From Podospora anserina (taxonomy: Eukaryota), in assembly GCA_017654855.1 (NCBI GenBank), contig CM030334.1:434001-498000 (forward strand): 64,000 nucleotides of DNA, given 5' to 3'. Position numbers and translations under genes: made by a program. A model generated the notes under the pieces. The model searched no databases, was not told the DNA's origin, and saw nothing but the letters and a program-made list of their open reading frames with translations. Shown here one piece after another: positions 12,160-23,053 of the stretch (its first letter is position 1; every line of letters begins with the position of its first letter).

Positions 12160-12274
12160 CCTGTACGAGCTTTTCGTGAATGATGAAAGGGTAAAAATGA
12201 AAATAGGTTGTAGTTCCATGCAGCATGATCTTTTGAAGAGATGCGTGTAAATATGAAAAAGAGCAAAAAGAACT

Positions 12275-12356
12275 CGACGTGGGCCTGATTCGAACAGACG
12301 CTCCCGAAGGAACAAGATTTCTAGTCTTGCGCATTAGACCACTCTGCCACCACGCC
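12275..12356 (-). tRNA. tRNA-Ser(AGA)
   Basis: GGCGTGGTGGCAGAGTGGTCTAATGCG, anticodon stem CAAGA/TCTTG, loop CT-AGA-AA, long variable arm TTCC-TTCG-GGAG, TTCGAAT loop. Confidence 0.95.
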
Positions 12357-12608
12357 TGGAGTGGAGTAATCATGCGGGGGTAGGCTATATGGAGTGTACT
12401 GCTTTCCCCCAGGCCTGACACAACTCGGGGGCACCAAGGGAATGAGAGATGTGAAATACCAGACTGAACTCTAGACATCAACACACACTTCCTCAGCCAT
12501 CACCGAAAATTTCCTAAACCGGTCTCTCACCCTCTTCTCTTGCATCTTCACGACAAACCGGGCGTACGCAGCCAGGTATTTCCCTCCTCTGATTGACCGG
12601 GCAGTGGC

Positions 12609-14147
12609 CTAGGGATCGACCTGGAAGCAGCCAAACTGACTCCCGTATCCAAACAATCCCCTCTCACCATAACCCTCACCCCGTTCATCCACCCTCCTCC
12701 ACATCTTCAACAGTTTCTTGCGCTTCTTGCCTGATGCTGATGGGAACCCCATATCCTTCAATACCTCTCCGGCAACGTTGTTGTCCCCTAGTTTATTCAC
12801 CGAGCTCGTGCATGTGAACTCCGCCAACGCCATGTCGGGGTATGTATTCAAAACGCCGCACAAGGCATCAAAAAAGACCCCACAACATCCGCGCCGGATG
12901 TTTGGGTTGATGCGCCTGCGCGTTCACCAGTGCCGGCCTGTTCAAGCTGCTTTTGCGGCTGACGATGAAATCGACGATTGCCCGGTTGATGAAGATGTTT
13001 TTGTGCGTTACTTTCCTTCAAGCATGGCATCAAGTCAGGAACATGGCGGCTTTCTGTGCCGCCCCCACACGTAGGCGCCGTGTCTTGCCACTCCAAACAT
13101 CACTGAAGCCTGGGAGTCTGCGGGCATCCCCAACCCGCCCATGGAAACGGTCAATTTCTCGAGACCGTCTATGTGCCGGAAAAAGAACTCGCCGATCCGA
13201 CGGACAGAGTGGACGTACCCGCCGGTGCGAGTGATTATCTTGCGTGCGCGGCCGCCGTCGAGGGTGGAGGTCATGAGGTGGACCTCAAAAGACTCGAGCA
13301 TAGAGCGGTAGTTCTTCCGCTCTTGCGACTGGAACGTCGGAACCGGGCGGGGGTGCCAGTTCTCGAGGATCAACTTTCGAGGCGCAATGCCGCCACCCAT
13401 CGATACCTCGTCAAAGGTGTTGCGCCAGAGCCGGCGCATGGTGATATTCAACTCCCGCCTCAACACGTCGTCCCAGCTCTTCTCAAGGTTCTTAAATATG
13501 CCGTCTGCGCTCAGGGGATGAAGTCCGCCTGCTGCGAGTAGTCATGCGGGAAGTTGATGCTGAACGTCTCCAAATTCGGGAACAGCCTGTCTGGGTCCTT
13601 GGCGCGAGCAGCTTAGAAAAGGGCAATGGCGCTTGGAGGGAGTTGGTCACGTGGAGGACGGGTGCTATAATCCTCCCATATAGAACCGCGGGAAGCCCAA
13701 TCTTCCCATAGCTCGTCCAGCCACTCTTCGTCTTCCTGCTCTTCTCTCCGTGCTTCATCGCTGTCATACACCGAGTCCTTGTCTGGGTCCGGGGCATCTT
13801 CATCAGGTTTGCCGTCAGTGCGTGGGGACGTACATGATGCTGCTGTCTCGGTGCAGAATGGGCCGCTTCCAGAGGTCTGTATCCATGATGTCGTCCGTTT
13901 TGTAAGCGTAGCCGACAAAGCGGAGGGTTTTGACATACTTCCCATGGCTTTGGGCTGCGAGCAGGGCGGAATTGGATATGACCTGGGCGTTGGAGAAGGT
14001 GAGTGTGTGACAGAGGAAGAGGAGGAGACACTGGCGGACAGAATGACTTGTCTCTGCACGAGAAATGCGGTCTTTCCCCGAGAGACGGTCGAGAATCGAG
14101 CCGAAAGTTTCGAAAGGCAAGGTCGCGAGGGGGTGCGTCACGGTCAT
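12609..14147 (-). pseudogene. Degraded F-box-like gene
   Basis: F-box-like start (LATLPFETFGSILDRL); protein-like sequence hops between frames; in-frame TAA at 13613-13615 followed by AARAKDPDRLFPNLETFSINF; frameshift near 13515 into IFKNLEKSWDDVLRRE. Confidence 0.65.
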
Positions 14148-14488
14148 GTTGGTGGTGCTGAAGAGGAAGTAAAGATTGAGCTTGACGAATGGAATTGGCA
14201 CAGCTGTCCGGCTTTATAGACATTGTGGACATGAACACATCAGCCCTTGCTGTAATAGTTGATGCCGATGATTTGCCAAATGGTGAAGGTTACCTGATTA
14301 GAAGTGGGGCAAGTCCCTCGCTGCCTGGCCGCTCGCATGTACATCATACCATGATGCAGAGGGAATAGGTGAGAAATAAGGCCTACTGAAATCGGGGTCA
14401 CAGGCTAACTCTATTCATGATGCTAGGGATATCTATAGAAACTTGCGTAATCTGAAACATAAAGTAGCCCAGTCGTCATTTAATCCAC

Positions 14489-16572
14489 TTAGCTCTTCTC
14501 CTTGTCCTCCTTGAGCGACACAATCCGGTTCAGAACAATCTTGTCATCTGTGCTATCCGAGTCCATGGCCTAGAATTCAGGTTAGCATCAGGCATATCCA
14601 CCAAAACGAGGAGACTTACAAAGTAGCCAACACGCATGCCCTGGAACCGAACAGACTCGGGACCGCCCTTGCCGAGCTTGTCCTCGCCGGCAGCCTCGGG
14701 CCAAGGAGCGCGTTTCCTGACCTCATCAAAGCCAGACTCAACCAGAGCGTTCGGGTAAATGATCTCACTATCGGGATTAAGATCGGACAAGAAGCCACCT
14801 TCGGCACCGGTTGGGTTATTGGACTTGAAAAGGGAGTTGTAGATGCGGGCCTCGCATCTCTTGGACCCAGCGCTCTCAGCAGGCACCCACTGGATGAAGG
14901 TCTTGGGCTTCTTGCCAGAACGGTCAAAGACAGCCTTGATCTCGGTCACAAGGCCGGTGGTCTCATCCTTGGTGAAGCTTGTGGCGGTAATGGGGAAGGG
15001 TGCCTGGAGCAAGCCCACCGTCTTGCCTGGGGCCAAGCGGAAGTAGTCCTTGCTGTCGACCTCACGGAAATCGGAGCGGTCGATGTACACAGTCTGCGAG
15101 AATTTGATCTTGTGGTCTCCCATGGCCGGGTTCTTGGGTGAGAAGGGGACGGTGAGGTCAGTGCCCTCAAACTCGCTTGACTCCAGGACCACAGGAACTG
15201 GGTCCAACACCAGCATCAAGCGCGGGACTGTTCGTTCAAGGTAGCGCCGAATGGTCTGCTCAAAGCGGGACATCTGGATGATGCTGTTCGTCGTGGTTAC
15301 GCCGAGCTCGTTGACGAATTCCAGGATGGCACCCGGTGGGACGCTATCAACACATTAGCATATCCGACTCAAACTCAAGAGGCGTCAGAAGGACATGACA
15401 ATCGAAATTCTCACTCACCCCTTTCGGCGTATAGCGATGAGCGTGTGTAATCGGGGATCGTTCCAGCCTCTGACGATCCCCTTATCGACAAGCTCCTTCA
15501 GCTTGCGCTTGCTGAGTACGGAACCCTCGATGCTCAGTCGGCCATATTCGCGCTGCATAGGCTGATATTCAACCAGCCTCTGATTCAGCCACTCGTACGA
15601 CGTCCTGCTGAGGAAAAACTCGACTGTACAAAGCGAGTGGGTGATCTTCTCGAAGCTATCACACAAACAGTGGGTAAAATCGTACGTGGGGTAGATGACC
15701 CACTTATCACCGGTCCTGTGGTGAGGTTTGTTCAGTACTCGGTACGCCGCCAGATCCCAATTCTGGGGGTTGGGGTCATTGATGTCCTGCTTCATGCGCA
15801 GGAAAGCCTCCCTGGGCTTGTACTCGCCGTCCCGCATGGCCCTGAACTTTTTGAGGTTTTCCTCGACAGACTGGTTGGCGTGCTCGCATCGGTAACGAGG
15901 GCTGGCTCCCTTCTCCCCACCGCGCTGCTTCTTCACCTCCTGGTCGTCGCAGTGGCACACGTATGCGTTTCCCTGCTCGATCAGCTTCTCGGCGAGCGCG
16001 TATAGGGTATCGAAGTGGTCGCTTGAATAGGTGATCTTGTACGGTTCAAAGCCGAGCCAACGGACTGTTTCTTCGATCGAGGTGAAGTACTCCTCCTCCT
16101 CGCTCTCAGGATTTGTATCGTCCATACGTAAGTAGGTATATCCTCCATGATATCTGGCAAAGCCAAAGTTGACGGCGATTGCCTTGGCATGACCGATATG
16201 TAGGTGACCGTTTGGCTCGGGGGGGAATCTGGTAATAACTGGCTTCACGGGACGCTCCTTGTAAACATCGTTCAAGAAGCCCTGTTTGAACATGGAATCC
16301 GTGTCGATTGGGACATCTTCGACCTTTTCCTTCTTCGGCTGCTGAGTCTTTGGCGGCGCGGCAGCATTGCTTGCCTCCTTGTTCTTGTCCTTCGACGCCT
16401 TTTTTGCGCGTTTTGCCAGTCTCTTCTTCAGTTCTCCCTTGGAAACCCACTCACCGGTTTCCTCGTCAAGCTGAAGCTTTGGGGCGTTGTCGACCGTAGG
16501 GGCAGTATCGGGCGCGGTAGGCGCGTCGGTGATGTCGAGCTTGGCCGTCGAATCGGCGATGGAGTCAGCCAT
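14489..16572 (-). CDS. GLN4: Glutaminyl-tRNA synthetase, 3 exons, 652 aa
   Basis: [18 protein letters not shown] (HIGH), [30 protein letters not shown]; introns 15418-15344 and 14619-14570. Confidence 0.96.
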
Positions 16573-17333
16573 GGTAGCGGTGGATTGATTCGATTGAAAG
16601 AAAAACGAAGGCGCGCAGTCGACGGGACGGAGCCAGACGTTTAAGACTGACTGGAAGTGGAGGCGATGTGACAGCGTTATCGCCGGGTGAGTCAGTAAAA
16701 TGTTTGGAGTTGCACAACTGCCACTGCCACAAGGGGGTGTTTGGAGGGGTCCATCCGACACTGAGTGGAACCCCACCTTGTTCCGCCTCTGGCTGTGTCT
16801 CGGCGCGATAAGATAAACTGAGGTACCACGGAATTCCCAGGTTCCAGACCTCAGTGACTCCCTCTCTGCTGGAGACCGGCCAGATGTCGATCTTCTCTCG
16901 GGCCGTCCGATGGTGTTCTAGTGCCCTGCACCTGTGCGGGCTGTCAACGTCACTGGACGTTAGCTAGGGAGCAGAGAGACAGCCATTATTGGCCTGGCTA
17001 TGGGGGATCGCTGACTACTTGAGACGAACGATCAGCCATATACTACTCCCGTCGTAGAATATTAGATCAGACAGTTTGGAGCTCAAGAATTTCATGACTT
17101 TTTATTGTCGCCTGGTCCCGTCCGTTGCATGCCCGCTTGCTAAAATTACCCCGCGATTCTAGAACGGCCACCACCCCGCATCTGTTGACAGGTAGGCTTG
17201 CTCAAGCTTTCCCATCGCACTGCTCACCTGCTTGGCCACGGGCACGCAACCTACCTTACCTGTCCTAGTCCATACTTTCATCTTGCCCAGCACCTCAGTT
17301 TGCTGAGTCTTTTCCCCAACATCAACAACATCC

Positions 17334-18178
17334 ATGCCCTCTCGGCATATCGCCAAGATGACCGTCCTCGAGGCTGCCAACATCCCCTCCGTCTCCCTTC
17401 TCTACAAGCTCCACAAGCTGTCAGCCGCACCCGCTGACACCAAGCTTGTGAAGACTCTCTTGGGACCGACCGAGATCCCTCCCCCTTCTAAATCTCTCAA
17501 CGACCGTGTTGCCGTGTACCGTGCCGACATCACTTCTCTCGCCGTCGATGCCATCGTCAATGCCGCCAACCGCTCCCTTCTCGGGGGCGGCGGCGTAGAT
17601 GGTGCCATTCATCGGGCAGCTGGCCGCGGCCTGTACGAAGAGTGCAAGAAGTTGAATGGGTGCAAGACTGGCTCAGCCAAGATCACAGACGCCTATGACC
17701 TGCCATGCAACAGGGTCATTCACGCTGTCGGCCCCGTCTACGACCCGGCGGATCATGACACGAGCGAGAAGCTGCTGGTCGGCTGCTACACAACAAGCTT
17801 GGAGCTCGCCGTTGAACACGAGTGCCGCACAATCGCCTTCAGTGCACTCAGCACCGGTATATATGGCTACCCAAGTCGGGAGGCCGCGCCTGCAGCGTTG
17901 AGTGCCATTCGCAAATTCTTGACCGGGAAGGACGGGGACAAGATTGACAAGGTGATACTTGTTACGTTTGAGAAGAAGGATGTGGATGCTTACACCGAGT
18001 TCGTCCCGTAAGTTTCTCCACATGCTGGCCAAGCACTACCTCCAATGTGCTGACGAACATACACAGACATTACTTTCCTCCTGTTTCCGACGGCTCAACA
18101 TCCGATGCCGTCGCACAAGAGCTTCCCAGCGTCCCAACATCGGACCCTGTGGATCCCGAAGAGGCCGACAAGAGATAG
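17334..18178 (+). CDS. MacroD-type macrodomain (ADP-ribose / O-acetyl-ADP-ribose hydrolase)
   Basis: ADITSLAVDAIVNAAN, GGGGVDGAIH, VIHAVGP, AFSALSTGIYGYP; intron 18008-18068. Confidence 0.92.
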
Positions 18179-18948
18179 GCATGGCTAAGGAGGAGAATAA
18201 GGCAAAAACAGGTGGTAGATTTCACGGAGTTCCGGAAAAAAAAGTGACTCCCAGACATGTTTGGGAGGAGGGCGTAATTGGTAGCTCAGTGCTTGGAACT
18301 GGTGGGTGGGTGGCTTAGAGGCACAACACAAGACGGTCCTCGGGTATTATCTTGCGTGGCGTTAGTATTATAGGTCCGTTCTTGACAGCTTGGTGCTTGC
18401 AATACCAAGACTGAAACTCGCTATGGTCAACGTGAACCCAAGGGTGAACTCTACCTTTCTTGCTTCCCATGTGCACGTGTAAAGACAGGGTTATGCTTTG
18501 GCGCCAAGACCCTAAATGGATTAAGTTGATGCTTGTGGAGACCATAGACAACAACGGAGCAACCTGGGACGATTCAACTTGTTCCTTTGGCTTCATCCAG
18601 TCCCCCATCCAGTCTGCCTTGCACCATTGAAACATCTCCTCTCAGAAAGCTGTCTATTTGTGGGCTTCCATTCGATGTGGTACCAAGGTCCATGTACCTA
18701 CTCCCACAGTTAGTTGTCTTCTGTCCACTGCCAGCTTGACCATGCATCAACCCTGAGCCTCAGCAGGCGCGCTGCCTTTTTCTGCAACGCATGAGCATCT
18801 TTACGCAGAGCATGGGTGTTTTTCGTCAGGTCCTCGTTATAACAGCCATCATGTGTTTCTGTCCTTGGCCGCCGGTTCTGTCCCCGTTAACTACTCTTGA
18901 AGCCTCGACATCCCAATGGTTCGCCCAACCCCAGGACAATGACCAGAC

Positions 18949-21264
18949 ATGATGCGACTATGGCACACAATACTAGCAGTTATCACTCTCCTGGTAGTCT
19001 CTAGGTGCCAGGGCTGTGAGACTGACTACTACCCTTCAGTTTCCACTGCTGAACCATGCGCCATTGTAAGCAGTTCCTGGTCTTCCCAACAGGTCTTCAG
19101 CCCATCTGGTATGTTTTTCCCACTGAGGCAGGTCAGAATCGATGACTAACTCGCCTGGACAAAAGCAACTCCGACTGTAGCAGCTGAGCTGGCTTACGAG
19201 TGTCTTAACTCTATCCCGCTGCACAAACAAGAAGCTCTTGAGCTTGTCGATGCCATTGAGCCTTACTTGGAATGGCAGAGTGACTCGGCCTACAAAGCCG
19301 ACCCGCCCGAGGGCTACTTTTTCCCGCCTTTCGATATGTTTTCTGCATTGGCGCAGGTCCGCCAGAACTTGGAGGAAGACATGTACGGCAACGAGTATGA
19401 TTTTCAGGAGGATCTATACGTCTCGGTGTTTTGTCCCGGGCATGATGGCCATTATGTCTTTTACCCAGATGCCTTAACCCGCGTCTTTGAATGGAGGCGA
19501 CAACGCGCTCTTGTTTCCGTCAGTGAGGATGGGGTCTCGCTGCCAGTCATTAAGATTTATGGTATTTATCTCAGGAGGGCGAGTTCATTGACAGCCTTGC
19601 TGACTACCTACTGACCAGAGGATATTACCGAATCTCCAGAGACTGCGTCGGTAGTCAGCCTCATCAACGGCGTTGATGCAGCTACCTACGTGGCGGAAAC
19701 AATATACAAGGCAACTTACAACCGAGATCCAGACGCCGCCTATAATAGCATGTTTTACGAAAAGGCGTCTGTTGCGGTGGGGAGTCCGTTGGGCTTTTTT
19801 GCAAAGGGTGGCCGAGTGAGATACGTTTACCCAGGGCCAAACACGACGTTCACGTTCGAGAATGGTACCACTCTCTCGTTGGAGAATGTTGCTGCTGTCA
19901 AAGCTGACATGACCGGCGTGGTTGACGGCCCTTCTTATTACGCTAAATTCTGCAATCCAGACGGTGGCAATACAACTACTATCAGAGAAAGCCCGGTTGA
20001 TGAGGCTGGAGATGGGGAAATTGCTGTTATTGGCTACCCAAAGCCTGTGATCATCACTCAGGATGGCGTCGTCTCTGGTTATTTTCTTGAGGGTGATGGC
20101 TTCGAAGACGTGGCAGTCATCGCTGTTCTTTCTTTCGAGCCTCGATCCCCTACCGAATTTCAGGCAGTTTGCCAACGGTTCTTTTCACTAGCAGCACAAG
20201 AAGGCAAGACTAAACTCGTTATCGACTTTCAAGGTAATGGCGGCGGTTATATCCTCCAGGGCTACGACTTTTTCAGGCAGCTATTCCCTTCCATCGTCCA
20301 GGAAGGACTGAGCCGGTTCAAAGAAGACCCCAGCTTTCTCTCTCTTGCCAGCATCGTCAGTGATCTCGTGGCCGGTGTCAACCCTTACACAGAGCCGAGC
20401 GCAAATCTCGTTCGAAACTACCAAAACTGGTTCAACTATCGCTACGACCTCGATCTCCACGACCAACTCTTCCCGTCGTTTGACGCCAAGTTTTACCCGC
20501 ACATCTACAAATCTACCCCCTACACCTCACTGCTGCGCTGGAACCTCTATGACAGCCTCACGACCATCAACACGACCTTTGGATTAGGCATCGAGGTGAC
20601 CGGCTATGGTGCCCGAACCAACCTGGCGCAGCCCTTTTTCGCCGAGAACATTGTTCTTTTATACGACGGCACTTGCGCCTCTACCTGCGCGGTGACCTCC
20701 GAGTTCTTCAGCCTGCAGGCCAATGTCAAGTCGATCGCAATGGGTGGCCTCCCGGAGCCGGGTTTAATCCAAGGAGTGGGCGGCGTCAGGGGCGCGCAAG
20801 TGCTGCAGTACAAAAATATCTACGACTATGCCAGCTCCTACCTACCCTGGGCCGGGAATCCGTTCCAGGCTGCTGCGCTCTCGCGATACTCCTCGTTACC
20901 GGTGAACAGGAGCACGTCGGCTGCGGTCAATGCGAGGGATGAGATTTTCCCGCAGAACATCTACGACGGGTTGCCGGCGCAGTATGTGGTGCAGGAGTCG
21001 GATTGCCGGCTGTACTGGACGGAGCCGATGATCAGGGATGTGTCCGAGGTGTGGAAGGCTGCTGCTGATTCGGCATTCAACGGGGCGGGGTGTGCTGCCG
21101 GGGGGATAGAACGAACAGAGCCTGGCAAGTGTCCACCGACGCCAGGCACGCCGTCGCCGCTGCCTGTGTACGGTCCGTGGCTGCCAGACCAGTACAGGAA
21201 GGTGAATGCGCCGGTGGATGATGTGGGGTGGATGGCCGTCCATGGGATGAAGGCGATTCTTTAA
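18949..21264 (+). CDS. Secreted S41-family peptidase
   Basis: Signal peptide, AYECLNSIP, YLEWQS, HDGH, KLVIDFQGNGGG, LYDGTCASTC (catalytic Ser motif), DCRLYWT; two introns near 19109-19165 and 19562-19618. Confidence 0.85.
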
Positions 21265-21429
21265 GTGCTCTGTTTTTCCAACAAACCGGGCTGTCATCGA
21301 CATTTTCTTGCGCATACTTTTGGTTTGTTCAATATACTCTATTCTCTTTGGTCAATATCATTCTATCGTCCGCACGACATATCGCATCAGAACTCTTCCG
21401 TAATTTTACTATCGCTCAAACTGCGCACA

Positions 21430-22342
21430 ATGCCTCCAACACGATCAAGAACGTCCTCTCAGGGAGCCAGCCTGGAGTCGTCATCTTTATCTTCTGATTC
21501 GAAGGAGGGATCAGGTGTCCTCCTTGCCGAGGAGCAGCAGCCTAATCCTACCGGCGATGGTACAAGTCAGCAGGCTGATGCGCAAGAGAATACCGTCGTG
21601 CCTGAGCAGCAAGCCGAAGTACAAGGCGAGGCCACAGTGCCCGAGCAGTAACCTGCTGTGCAAGACGAGGTCGTAGCGCCCCAGAAGTAAGCACCTACTT
21701 GCCCAGAAATAATTACCAAAGGCTGTCTAACTCATGCTTACAGGGCCCCTTTCACTCATTTCCGCCAACTCTCACAGTCCCAGCAGGATCAAGCCAACGC
21801 GGAACATGCTGTCAGTGTGCCCCTTGTTGCCATGTGGGTGTGAGGTAGTGCTGACAGAACTACAGATCGAGGTCATATTATCCTACTTCATTATAGACTG
21901 GGACGCGTCCAAGCGCTGGACAAGTCCAAATCGCGTATACAGTTGGCCTGAACCTTTCCATAAGGATGGCAGACATCCCACTGCCGCTTTTACCTACACC
22001 TCCAAGGGAGACATCACCGAATTTGCCGTGCTCGACGCTATGGATGTCGAGAGGGACTCACCAGTCAGAAAAATGATACAAAACAGAGACAAGACACACA
22101 GCGTCGAGTTGACGTATCACATTCTTGTCAAGGCCTTCACGCGGACAGGGAACAGCTATCTTGACTTTTCGCAGGAGGATAAGGATGTGATCAGAAAGTT
22201 TTCAAGGAAGGTGACGAATGAAGGGAAGCAAACGATTTCGGACTGGTTCATTAACGTTGTTTGCGGAGCGCCTTTTCGGGCATTGGAGGTGGAACCTGAT
22301 CCTTGGTCCGATGACAGCTTCGTGTCTTGGTTCGAAGGATGA
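21430..22342 (+). pseudogene. Three-exon hypothetical gene interrupted by a single premature TAA
   Basis: Canonical introns 21687-21743 and 21811-21865 keep the frame; TAA at 21649-21651 aligns with CAA in the preceding 13-aa repeat unit. Confidence 0.6.
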
Positions 22343-22666
22343 AGGGGAGTATTACAACGTGTTGGTGGAAGATGGGACGATGCCACGGTCCCCTGCGTTG
22401 GCAGAAATTGGAATTCATGGCACTACATTGGAGGCACCTGAGGAACGAGGTTGCTGAGATTTGTTAAGAGGTGGTGAGGAGGAACACTTGGACTCACCTT
22501 GATGACAGCGGGTTGTTGGAATGACTTGATAAGCAGCGAAGATTACCAGGGTAGTGCACATTCAAGCATATGATAACACATATTTGCATTACATTTCCAT
22601 TATTCTGACATGATGTGACCTTTTGACATATCGTACACAAACTCTTAAGCCCTATTATCGTATCAA

Positions 22667-23053
22667 TTACTCCTGATTTGGCTTGCTAGCGCTGGCAGCG
22701 CCCTCCCTCTTCATGCCCTCGCATCCGGTCAGCTTGCCGGCAACTTCCTCCACTTTCCCATATCCCGAGGTGGCCGGGTCACGGTTCTGGGTCGCTTGAT
22801 TGAGTGAAGCACGGGCGTGGGCCTTGTCTTGCTCGCCCGAGGTTTTCCAGGCGTGGGAACCTGAGATGTCGCCGATTGCGGACTGAGAGGGAGTCGCTGT
22901 TAATTATTGGACCGGAAGGCAGAGCTTGAGAGAATGGGAGATTGTCACCTCAGCTGCCCCCTTGATATACTCGGCGTGGGAGGAGATCAGGCCTGGGTTC
23001 TCGGTAGGCTGGTTGGTGCTGCTGGTGTTGGGGTTGCTCGAGGAGGAAGACAT
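22667..23053 (-). CDS. Small hydrophilic protein, CsbD/stress-protein-like, 2 exons
   Basis: MSSSSSNP..HAEYIKGAAE, intron ~22947-22884, then SAIGDISGSHAWKTSGEQDK..GKVEEVAGKLTGCEGMKREG. Confidence 0.72.
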
